Shown: piece by piece, positions 19,799-26,367 of the stretch
Layout of the letters: each line of letters starts with the position of its first letter
How positions within the stretch are numbered: the first letter of the stretch is position 1
From: Fidelibacterota bacterium
GTDB taxonomy: Bacteria > Fidelibacterota > Marinisomatia > Marinisomatales > TCS56
Length of the DNA stretch: 26,367 nucleotides
Assembly (NCBI GenBank): GCA_043822705.1
Contig: JBDRBK010000084.1
Span: 1 to 26,367 of the forward strand
Reading direction: 5' to 3'
Notes under the pieces: model-generated
What the model was told of the DNA's origin: nothing
Seen by the model: the letters and a program-made list of their open reading frames with translations, nothing else
Databases searched by the model: none
Translations under genes and position numbers: made by a program

Positions 19799-20422
19799 AT
19801 GTCTCAACGAGCGTTGATAATTGTCGATGTCCAGAACGATTTTCTGCCGGGCGGCGCGCTGCCGGTACCGGACGGACATAAAATCATTCCGGTGATCAAC
19901 CGGGCGCAGGAAAAATTCGATCTGATCGTTGCCACCAAGGACTGGCATCCGGCGCACCATGGCAGCTTTGCCTCCAATTACCCCGATCGCGCCCCCGGCG
20001 AATTAATCGATCTGTTTGGCGTCCAGCAGGTATTGTGGCCCGATCACTGCATTCAAGATTCCCCCGGCGCGGAATTTCCCGAACGCCTGGATACAACCGG
20101 AATCAAGAAAATATTTCTCAAGGGCACCCATCCCAGGGTGGACAGCTACAGCTCATTCTTCGATAATGCCCGTAAAAATTCTACCGGACTGGAACAGTAT
20201 CTGAAAAAGAAAAAGGTCACGACCCTGTATTTTACCGGTTTGGCCACTGATTATTGCGTGAAATATTCCGTGCTGGACGCCATTGATCTGGGATTCCGTT
20301 CCTATTTGGTGAAGAATGGCTGCAAGGGGATTGATTTGCGTCCCGGCGATGTTGAGCGAGCCGAGGCGGAAATGGAAGCCGCCGGCGCCGGCCTGTTGCG
20401 GGGTGTGGATATACCCGGCTGA
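19799..20422 (+). CDS. pncA: Nicotinamidase/pyrazinamidase
   Basis: ALIIVDVQNDF.PGGAL.V, DWHP..H.SF, LWPDHC, KG....DSYS, GLATDYCV. Confidence 0.93.
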   Translation: MSQRALIIVDVQNDFLPGGALPVPDGHKIIPVINRAQEKFDLIVATKDWHPAHHGSFASNYPDRAPGELIDLFGVQQVLWPDHCIQDSPGAEFPERLDTTGIKKIFLKGTHPRVDSYSSFFDNARKNSTGLEQYLKKKKVTTLYFTGLATDYCVKYSVLDAIDLGFRSYLVKNGCKGIDLRPGDVERAEAEMEAAGAGLLRGVDIPG

Positions 20423-21091
20423 TTAGTTCATAGGTTGAACACAGGCCGGACTGTTATTGGCCGGTGAATTGACTATATTCGAAACGGGGTAAGCTTCAAG
20501 CTTTTTGCCGTAAGGCCGCAATAATGGCAGTGCCATGTCGGCCGAATTAATTTTCGTTTGCAGCCAAACGTCCAGATCTTCTTGTAGCAAGATCACCGGC
20601 ATCCGATCATGAATATAGGCCAGTCCTGGCTGGGGTGTGGTGGTAATTACCGTGTACGAATAGACTGTTTCACCATCCGGTTTCACCCAGCGGTCCCAGA
20701 GTCCTGCCATCGGCAGCAATCCACCGCCGGACGGGTGAATATAATAGGGCTGCTTTCCGGAGCCTGATTTACGCCACTCGTAATAGCCGTCGGTGATGAC
20801 GACGCACCGTTTATTGGGCAGCAGACCGCGGAAAGCTGGTTTCTCCCGGATAGTTTCCGTCCGGGCGTTGATCATCCGGGCGCCGTATTTGTCGTCTTTG
20901 GACCAGGCCGGAATCAATCCCCAGCGCATCAGCCGCACACGGCGGTGGCCGTCGTCGATCAGAATCGGTGAAGTCTGGGTCGGGGCGATATTGTAACTGG
21001 GGGCGTAATTATCGGGGTCCTCCCAATCCTGGATTGCCAGCTCCTCAATGATCGACTGCATGTCTTTGGTCAGTGTTTTACGTCCGCACAT
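20423..21091 (-). CDS. SOS response-associated peptidase (SRAP; YedK/HMCES family abasic-site cross-linking protein)
   Basis: N-terminal MCGR (Cys2), YNIAPTQ, MRWGLIP.W, INAR.ET, GYYEW, HDRMPVIL, PVS..VN: all family motifs are intact. Confidence 0.95.
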   Translation of the reverse strand: MCGRKTLTKDMQSIIEELAIQDWEDPDNYAPSYNIAPTQTSPILIDDGHRRVRLMRWGLIPAWSKDDKYGARMINARTETIREKPAFRGLLPNKRCVVITDGYYEWRKSGSGKQPYYIHPSGGGLLPMAGLWDRWVKPDGETVYSYTVITTTPQPGLAYIHDRMPVILLQEDLDVWLQTKINSADMALPLLRPYGKKLEAYPVSNIVNSPANNSPACVQPMN

Positions 21092-21093
21092 GG

Positions 21094-21128
21094 TCAGGGA
21101 TCAGGTTTCAGGGATCAGGTTTCAGGGC
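21094..21128 (+). repeat. Heptamer array A (TCAGGNN x5)
   Basis: TCAGGGA TCAGGTT TCAGGGA TCAGGTT TCAGGGC. It contains the four-helix-bundle stop codon and ends 2 nt from the SRAP ATG. Confidence 0.9.
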
Positions 21129-21473
21129 GGAGCGCAAGCCATTTAACATACGTCCGATTTCAGATGTTTGTTTTGAAAATGGTTTCATTTTGCTAGTGGA
21201 AATATAATCCAAACGATTACTGATATGCAGCAATGTCTCCAATTCAGCGAGTGAACCGTAAGCAATTGATAGATGCTGCAAATATTCTTTTGTGTGTTGA
21301 CGGCTGTGTCCTTCAGCTATATTTGCCGAAATAGAGACAGCAGCTCTTTGTATTTGACTGGATAAACCAAATTTTTCATTATCGGGATAACGTCTGGTGA
21401 TTGCATAACAATCGATTACTAAATCAACCGATTTCTGCCAAACAATCAAATCTCTATAATTCTTAATTTCCAC
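21108..21473 (-). CDS. Four-helix-bundle protein (23S rRNA intervening-sequence protein family, related to DGR bAvd)
   Basis: YRDLIVWQKS, YP..EKFGL.SQI.RAAVSI.ANIAEG..R, L.IAYGSLAELET, MLNGL. GTG at 21473 lies 8 nt after AAGGAG (ORF-track start 21482). Confidence 0.93.
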   Translation of the reverse strand: MEIKNYRDLIVWQKSVDLVIDCYAITRRYPDNEKFGLSSQIQRAAVSISANIAEGHSRQHTKEYLQHLSIAYGSLAELETLLHISNRLDYISTSKMKPFSKQTSEIGRMLNGLRSALKPDP

Positions 21474-21494
21474 AATTCTCACTCCTTCGGTGTT

Positions 21495-21529
21495 TTACTG
21501 ATCCCTGCCCCCTGAAACCTGTACCCTGT
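21495..21529 (-). repeat. Heptamer array B (NCAGGNN x5, inverted relative to array A)
   Basis: Minus strand reads ACAGGGT ACAGGTT TCAGGGG GCAGGGA TCAGTAA; it encodes the last residues and the stop codon of the upstream gene. Confidence 0.8.
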
Positions 21530-21938
21530 TTATGTTTTCCACCGGCAACCAGTCATCCATATTACCATATTCACTCTTGTCGATTTCGAATGGGGCGACC
21601 GCTTGAACATTTCCGACTTCGATCAGCACCAGGTAGTGTTTTCCAGCCCAGCGCTGGTACTCTCTGTCGCTCAATTGCAGTTTGTCGGCGTATCGGTCCA
21701 CCAGGGCGGTTGATTCATTTTTGGTCATTTTGCCGGAATTGATAACACCGGCCACCGTGCCCCGGGCTTTTACCAGTCCTTCGGCGTTATTGTTGATGAA
21801 ATAAAGGATATCATCTTTGAAAACCCGGCCGTGCGGCAGTTTGCGACCCGCCGCCCCGCGGATGATCATTGTCCTTGTTCCATCCAGCAGATTATCCATT
21901 TCCTTTGCTTTGGCGTCAACATATACTACGTGGTCCAT
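21495..21938 (-). CDS. Conserved hypothetical protein, possibly ASCH/PUA-like fold
   Basis: ATG at 21938 after GAGG. The pattern L..G.(K/R)T..IR.......GRV..DD.LYF followed by beta strands resembles the ASCH GxKTxxxR motif; the fold assignment is an inference. Confidence 0.6.
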   Translation of the reverse strand: MDHVVYVDAKAKEMDNLLDGTRTMIIRGAAGRKLPHGRVFKDDILYFINNNAEGLVKARGTVAGVINSGKMTKNESTALVDRYADKLQLSDREYQRWAGKHYLVLIEVGNVQAVAPFEIDKSEYGNMDDWLPVENINRVQVSGGRDQ

Positions 21939-21978
21939 ATTTTTCCTCATTTCCAATTGCTTAATTTACCTGAACTGA

Positions 21979-24900
21979 TCAAACATAGCTGGCCGTCGCC
22001 AGCGGTTTTTCATACTGTTTTGGTTCCTGATCCCTGAAACCTGGTCCCCGTTTTCTGTCCAGCGCCGGCAGGCTGGCCAGTTTTTCGATGGTGATCGTGT
22101 ACACGCCGAAGGCCTCTTCCACTTTGCCGCGCACGAGGAACAACCGCTCCCAGTTCAGCAGATCGCCGAATTCCCGGAAGGCCTCCGGAAAGAGAACGCA
22201 TTCGTAGATATCGGTCTCGTCTTCCAGGGTCAGGAATTCCATGGGGTCATGCTGGCGGGTGACGGCGACCTTGCGGGTGATGTAGACTCCCGCCAGCCGG
22301 ATCGACTGGCCCGCGTAGTGGGGAATATCCCGGGCTTTTTTCACTTTACCTTTCAAAAACGAATCGTATTCCGCCAGGGGGTGACAGGAAATCGGGAAGC
22401 CGAAGGAATCGATCTCCATCCGTCGTTTTTCCGCCGTGGTGGGATTGCCTTTCACCGGGGCGGTCGCCGGCCGGTCGGAGCCGTCGGACAGGTAGAAATT
22501 GGCGATCCGGTAGGCGATTTCCTTGTGGGTCAACTCCGGCTCCAGTTCGGCGAAACAGCCGGCATTGGTGAAAGCCATGGCATCGGACAAATCCAGTTCC
22601 ACCCGGGTCATAAAATCCTCGAGGTCGGTAAAATCGCCGGCCTTGCGCTCGGCCAGCACGGCAGTGATGGCCTTGCCCTGGAGCCGGTTGATCGCCATCA
22701 GGCCCATGCGAATCTGCCGTTTGCGGCCACGGAATTCCCGGAAACTGCGGTTGATCTGGGGCGGCAGGATGATGATCCCGAAACGCCGGGCCTCGCTCAG
22801 GTAGGCATAACTGGAATAGAACCCGCCCTGGTTGCTGATCACCGCCGCCAGGAATTCCGCCGGATAGTGGGCTTTCAGGTAGGCGCAGGTGAACGACAGC
22901 ATGGCGTATGAGGCGGAATGGGGCTTGCAGAAGGAATAACCCACGAAAGAGGCGATCATGTCCCAGACCTGGTCCACCAGTTCCTTGTCGTAACCGCGGT
23001 TGCGGGCGCCGGCGTAGAACTTTTTCTTCCAGCCGGGAATCAGCCGGTTCAGCGAGTCCCGGCTCATGGTCTTACGCAGGGCGTCGGACTGGGCGTAGCC
23101 GAAGCCGGCCAGGGCCCGTGCCGCCAGCGATACCTGCTCCTCGTACACCATAATGCCGTAGCTCTCGTTGAGAAAATCCAGGTCCCGGTGCAGCGGTTGC
23201 CAGGGCTGGCCGTGGATCCGTTCCAGCATCAGGTTGGTGAAGCGGTTGGCCGCCGGTCGGATAATCGATGAGTAAATCACCACGTGCTCGAAATCCACTA
23301 CTCCCGCCTTGGCCAGCAACTGGCGCGTGGCGGGGCTCTCGATGTAAAACACGCCCATGGTGCGCCCGGCCTGCATCAGGGCCGTGGTCTTGGGATCGCC
23401 GATGGGCTGGATCCGGTGATAATCGATGTAATCGGAACGGGCTTTCTTGGGATAGTAAAGGTTGATCTGTTTGAGCGTATCCCGCACCACCGCCAGGGAA
23501 CGGTTGCCCAGCAGGTCGATTTTGAGCAGGCCTGAGTCCTCCACCTGATCCTTTTCCCATTCGACGATCTGAACGCCCTTGGGAGCCGTCAGCACCGGCA
23601 CGTGCCGGCGAATCTCATCGGGCACGATCACGATACCACCGGGATGCACCGACGGATTGCGGAACGTGCCCACGATCTGCTGACTGCGGCCGATCACCTC
23701 CAGCAGGGTGTCATCCAGATGAGCGTTGGCGAAACGGGGGTCGGTCTTGATCCAGTTCACCAGATCGCTGCGGCTGCGCCACTGGTAGCCGATGCGCTTG
23801 GTGATGGCGTTGATCTCTTCATTGGACAGGCCGTAAACCTTGGCTACCTCGCGGATGGCGGAACGGGGGCGCAGAAACACCTGGCTGGCCACCATGGCCG
23901 TGCGGCTGGTGCCGTATTTCTTGAAAACGTAATCGATGATGTCGTCGCGTTCGTCCCAGGGAAAATCCACATCGATATCAGGCATGCTTTCGCGCTCGGG
24001 ATGGATGAAACGCTCGAACTGCAGGTTGAACAGGAGCGGGTCCACCTGGGTGATGTAGAGGCAATAGCTGACGATCGAGGCCGCCGCCGATCCGCGGCCG
24101 ATGGTGGATTTGGTCTGCCGCACGATATCGCGCACCACCAGGAAGTAGGGGGCAAAACCCTTCTGGGTGATCAGTTCCAACTCGTAGTCGATCCGCCGCC
24201 GCACTTCAGCGGTGATCGAGCCGTAGCGCTCCCGGGCGCCCTGTTCCACCAGCTCCCGCAGGCGGGTGTTGGAATGGTGCTGGTTTTTAAGGTCCAGGCC
24301 GGGAAAAATCGTGTTGACGAAATTCCAGTCGGTCTTGCAGCGCTCCGCCAGAAAGGAGCTGTTGTTGATGGCGTCCAGGCTGTTGGGGAAGCGGCGGATC
24401 ATTTCCTTCTCGTCGCAGAAATAATGGGCGGCGGACTTGTAATCGGCCGCTGTAAGTTGCGACAGGGTGGCGTTTTTTTCGATGGCCCGCAGCACCTGAT
24501 GGGCGGGTTGATCCTCCGGGCGCAGGAAATAGACATCGCCGGTGACCACCATTTCCAGGTTGAAACGCCGGCTCATCTGCCGGGCGACGGCTTCAGTCGT
24601 GCCGGGACGCAATTCCACGAACAGGTGCGAGTCGGGCACAATGGCAGCCAGTCGTTCCAGATTTTCACAGCGGTGGGCCAGGATGAAGAGTCCGCCGGAA
24701 TGGGGCTCGATCAATCCTTCCAGTTGGGCGTTTTCGTCATCGTGCACGGCGGAAATGATCCGGCAGAGATTGGCATAGCCGGTCGTGTTTTCCACCAGCA
24801 GGACCAGGTCCGCGTCGCCGGTGATGATATTGGCCCCGGCGATCGGTTTGACTTCCGCCGCGTGGGCGTGCTGCACGAAGCGGATGAAACCCCACAGGCC

Positions 24901-25023
24901 GTTGACTTCCGTCAGCGCCAGGTAATCCATGCCCTGCTCCCGCGCCGCCGTGAGCAGCTCCTGTTGGGAAACCGTTCCGCGCATGGCCGAAAACCGGGAA
25001 TGGACGTTGAGGTGGGTCAGCAT
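21979..25023 (-). CDS. dnaE2: Error-prone DNA polymerase III alpha-like subunit (DnaE2/ImuC type)
   Basis: PHP domain HLNVHS.FS, GRGSAAAS, FERF, catalytic PDIDVDF and KIDLLG, FCKPHSASYA..AYLKAHYP.EF.A, OB fold MEFLTLEDET. It has no C-terminal tau-binding domain and its start overlaps the stop of an ImuB-like gene. Confidence 0.87.
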   Translation of the reverse strand: MLTHLNVHSRFSAMRGTVSQQELLTAAREQGMDYLALTEVNGLWGFIRFVQHAHAAEVKPIAGANIITGDADLVLLVENTTGYANLCRIISAVHDDENAQLEGLIEPHSGGLFILAHRCENLERLAAIVPDSHLFVELRPGTTEAVARQMSRRFNLEMVVTGDVYFLRPEDQPAHQVLRAIEKNATLSQLTAADYKSAAHYFCDEKEMIRRFPNSLDAINNSSFLAERCKTDWNFVNTIFPGLDLKNQHHSNTRLRELVEQGARERYGSITAEVRRRIDYELELITQKGFAPYFLVVRDIVRQTKSTIGRGSAAASIVSYCLYITQVDPLLFNLQFERFIHPERESMPDIDVDFPWDERDDIIDYVFKKYGTSRTAMVASQVFLRPRSAIREVAKVYGLSNEEINAITKRIGYQWRSRSDLVNWIKTDPRFANAHLDDTLLEVIGRSQQIVGTFRNPSVHPGGIVIVPDEIRRHVPVLTAPKGVQIVEWEKDQVEDSGLLKIDLLGNRSLAVVRDTLKQINLYYPKKARSDYIDYHRIQPIGDPKTTALMQAGRTMGVFYIESPATRQLLAKAGVVDFEHVVIYSSIIRPAANRFTNLMLERIHGQPWQPLHRDLDFLNESYGIMVYEEQVSLAARALAGFGYAQSDALRKTMSRDSLNRLIPGWKKKFYAGARNRGYDKELVDQVWDMIASFVGYSFCKPHSASYAMLSFTCAYLKAHYPAEFLAAVISNQGGFYSSYAYLSEARRFGIIILPPQINRSFREFRGRKRQIRMGLMAINRLQGKAITAVLAERKAGDFTDLEDFMTRVELDLSDAMAFTNAGCFAELEPELTHKEIAYRIANFYLSDGSDRPATAPVKGNPTTAEKRRMEIDSFGFPISCHPLAEYDSFLKGKVKKARDIPHYAGQSIRLAGVYITRKVAVTRQHDPMEFLTLEDETDIYECVLFPEAFREFGDLLNWERLFLVRGKVEEAFGVYTITIEKLASLPALDRKRGPGFRDQEPKQYEKPLATASYV
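22024..22051 (-). repeat. Heptamer array C inside the dnaE2 3' end (inverted relative to array A)
   Basis: Minus strand reads ACGGGGA CCAGGTT TCAGGGA TCAGGAA; 22026-22043 is the exact reverse complement of 21102-21119 (18 bp). Confidence 0.85.
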
Positions 25024-26231
25024 GGCCCCCTCCGGGGGAAGTTAAATTTGAAATTTTCACTTTCCAGGTTCTTCCTGCCGGATTGATCCTGGCCACCGAT
25101 CCCGATACTGGTGAAGCCGTATTTTTTTCGCACCTTGTCCAGGGCATCGGACAGAATCCGCTCCCGGGGATCGCCGCCGGCGAACAGGTCCAGTTGCCGG
25201 GCGTGATAGCGCAGGCCGCCGGCATCGATCAGGAGCGAACGGATGCGGTTGCGGCGGTAATTGGCCTGATCGAACAGCCGGAAGCAGGCCGCCGTCACGG
25301 TGGCATCATCGTTGGCCTGCAGGCGGCTGACGCGGTTGTTTTTCAATCCGTCGGTGTAGTGGATTTCCACGGCGATGCGCCGGGCCACCTGTCCCCGCCG
25401 CCGCAATTTGAAGGCCACCTGCTCCGCCAGGTTGCGCAGCGCCGCCCGCAGCAGGTCGATATCATTGGTGTCGGCGGGGAGGACGGTCTGCTCCAGAATA
25501 TGCGCGCGCAGGGCCGGCGGCTGGACCAGGGAGGTGTCCTGACCGCGGGCCTCGCTGGTGAGTCGGCGGGTGTAATTACCGAACAGGGTGGCGGCTTCCG
25601 TGGGACGGTCGGCCACGGCCTGAATCTGGCGAACCTGCTCCAGAAACAGGAAATCCAGGATGCGCCGGACGGCCCGTTCACGGCTGGTGGGGAGCACCGG
25701 GGCCGGCAGGGGCGCCAGAAATATTGGTTCATCGCCGGCTGCGACCTGGTGGATGGTATCGGGCACCACGGCGGTGGAAATGCTGCTGACCAGCTTGTTG
25801 GGACTGATCCCCACCACCCCGGACAGGTTGGTGCGGTCCTGTACTTGGCGGGCGATGTTACAACCGGTGCGGCGGGCGTCGCCCCAGACCCGGTCCATGC
25901 CGCTCATGTCCAGAAAATACTGGCCGAAGGCCGCCGGCTCCACCACCGGCGTAAAATCGGTGACGGTGGAATAGACATAGCCGTTCAGCCGGGCGTAAAG
26001 CGATGAATTGTAGGGCAGCAGCAGGGTGGCGGTGGACATCTTGCGCACCAGCGCTACGTTCAGTCCCCGGAACAGCCCTTCCCGGCGGGCCTCGTCGGAG
26101 AGGACCACGATCGTGCCATCCTGCCGGTTAGAGGAAATGATGGCGATCGGCCGCGTCCGCAGGGCCGGATCCAGGATTCGTTCGGCCTGGAGTTCAAAGT
26201 CTTTTAAGCGAATGTGGTAGATGGAGGACAC
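25017..26231 (-). CDS. imuB: Catalytically inactive Y-family polymerase homolog (ImuB-like)
   Basis: DinB-like layout (P.LR.RPIAI, S.EAR..G...G, FTPVVE, FLDMSG, GISPNKLVS.I), but the catalytic motifs are replaced (HxDMDxF -> HIRLKDF; SIDE -> AFGQ). Beta-clamp motif QLDLF; C-terminal ALD.VR.KYG; stop overlaps the dnaE2 start (ATGCTGA). Confidence 0.82.
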   Translation of the reverse strand: MSSIYHIRLKDFELQAERILDPALRTRPIAIISSNRQDGTIVVLSDEARREGLFRGLNVALVRKMSTATLLLPYNSSLYARLNGYVYSTVTDFTPVVEPAAFGQYFLDMSGMDRVWGDARRTGCNIARQVQDRTNLSGVVGISPNKLVSSISTAVVPDTIHQVAAGDEPIFLAPLPAPVLPTSRERAVRRILDFLFLEQVRQIQAVADRPTEAATLFGNYTRRLTSEARGQDTSLVQPPALRAHILEQTVLPADTNDIDLLRAALRNLAEQVAFKLRRRGQVARRIAVEIHYTDGLKNNRVSRLQANDDATVTAACFRLFDQANYRRNRIRSLLIDAGGLRYHARQLDLFAGGDPRERILSDALDKVRKKYGFTSIGIGGQDQSGRKNLESENFKFNFPRRGPC

Positions 26232-26367
26232 TAGTTATTGGTCAATGGTCAATGGTCAATGGTCAATGGTCAATGGTCAATGGTCAATGGTCAATGGTCA
26301 ATGGTCAATGGTCAATGGTCAATGGTCAATGGTCAATGGTCAATGGTCAATGGTCAATGGTCAATGG
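26232..26367. repeat. Perfect heptanucleotide tandem repeat (TGGTCAA)n running off the window end
   Basis: One degenerate unit TAGTTAT (26232-26238), then 18 perfect TGGTCAA units plus TGG from 26239 to 26367, directly adjacent to the imuB GTG start. Confidence 0.97.

Noticed and set aside
21108..21473. Diversity-generating retroelement suggested by the bAvd-like protein
   Set aside because: No reverse transcriptase and no TR/VR pair differing at adenines is visible in the window.
21094..22051. Classical IS or MITE defined by the 18-bp inverted repeat
   Set aside because: There is no transposase or evident target-site duplication, and the inverted match is built from tandem heptamers. Retained instead as a non-classical element under findings.
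23602..25086. 494-aa plus-strand ORF (also 25083-26006 and 22249-22911)
   Set aside because: Antisense shadows of the GC-rich dnaE2/imuB genes, with no recognisable motifs.
25017..26231. Active DNA polymerase IV (dinB)
   Set aside because: The catalytic Asp and the SIDE acidic pair are absent.
26232..26367. CRISPR array, telomere or (MVNGQWS)n coding repeat
   Set aside because: There are no spacers or cas genes. The plus-strand frame is open only as a by-product of the 7-mer and has no RBS. The context is an ordinary bacterial operon.

Overview
Bacterial chromosomal window, probably from an FCB-superphylum organism such as Marinimicrobia, Calditrichota or KSB1 (inferred from two proteins with NxPNPF...WDG C-terminal sorting domains). 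From left to right it holds: the 5' part of a TolB-like membrane protein gene, a pirin, a 1579-aa secreted beta-helix/Ig/NHL protein, a gingipain/PorU-like C25 peptidase, a MetX-like hydrolase with an apparent signal peptide, a YtrA-type GntR/ABC operon with a clear promoter and palindromic operator, and carA-carB-pncA. On the minus strand follows a damage-tolerance/mutagenesis cassette: catalytically dead ImuB-like Y-family protein, DnaE2-like polymerase, ASCH/PUA-like protein, four-helix-bundle (23S-IVP/bAvd-like) protein and SRAP. The most striking unexplained structure is a set of 7-bp repeat arrays at the gene junctions of this cassette. Two upstream NCAGGNN arrays are complementary to one downstream array, so the mRNA could fold to loop out either the four-helix-bundle gene alone or that gene plus the ASCH-like gene, with the stem closing 2 nt before the SRAP start. 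A perfect (TGGTCAA)18+ array abuts the imuB start and runs off the window end.
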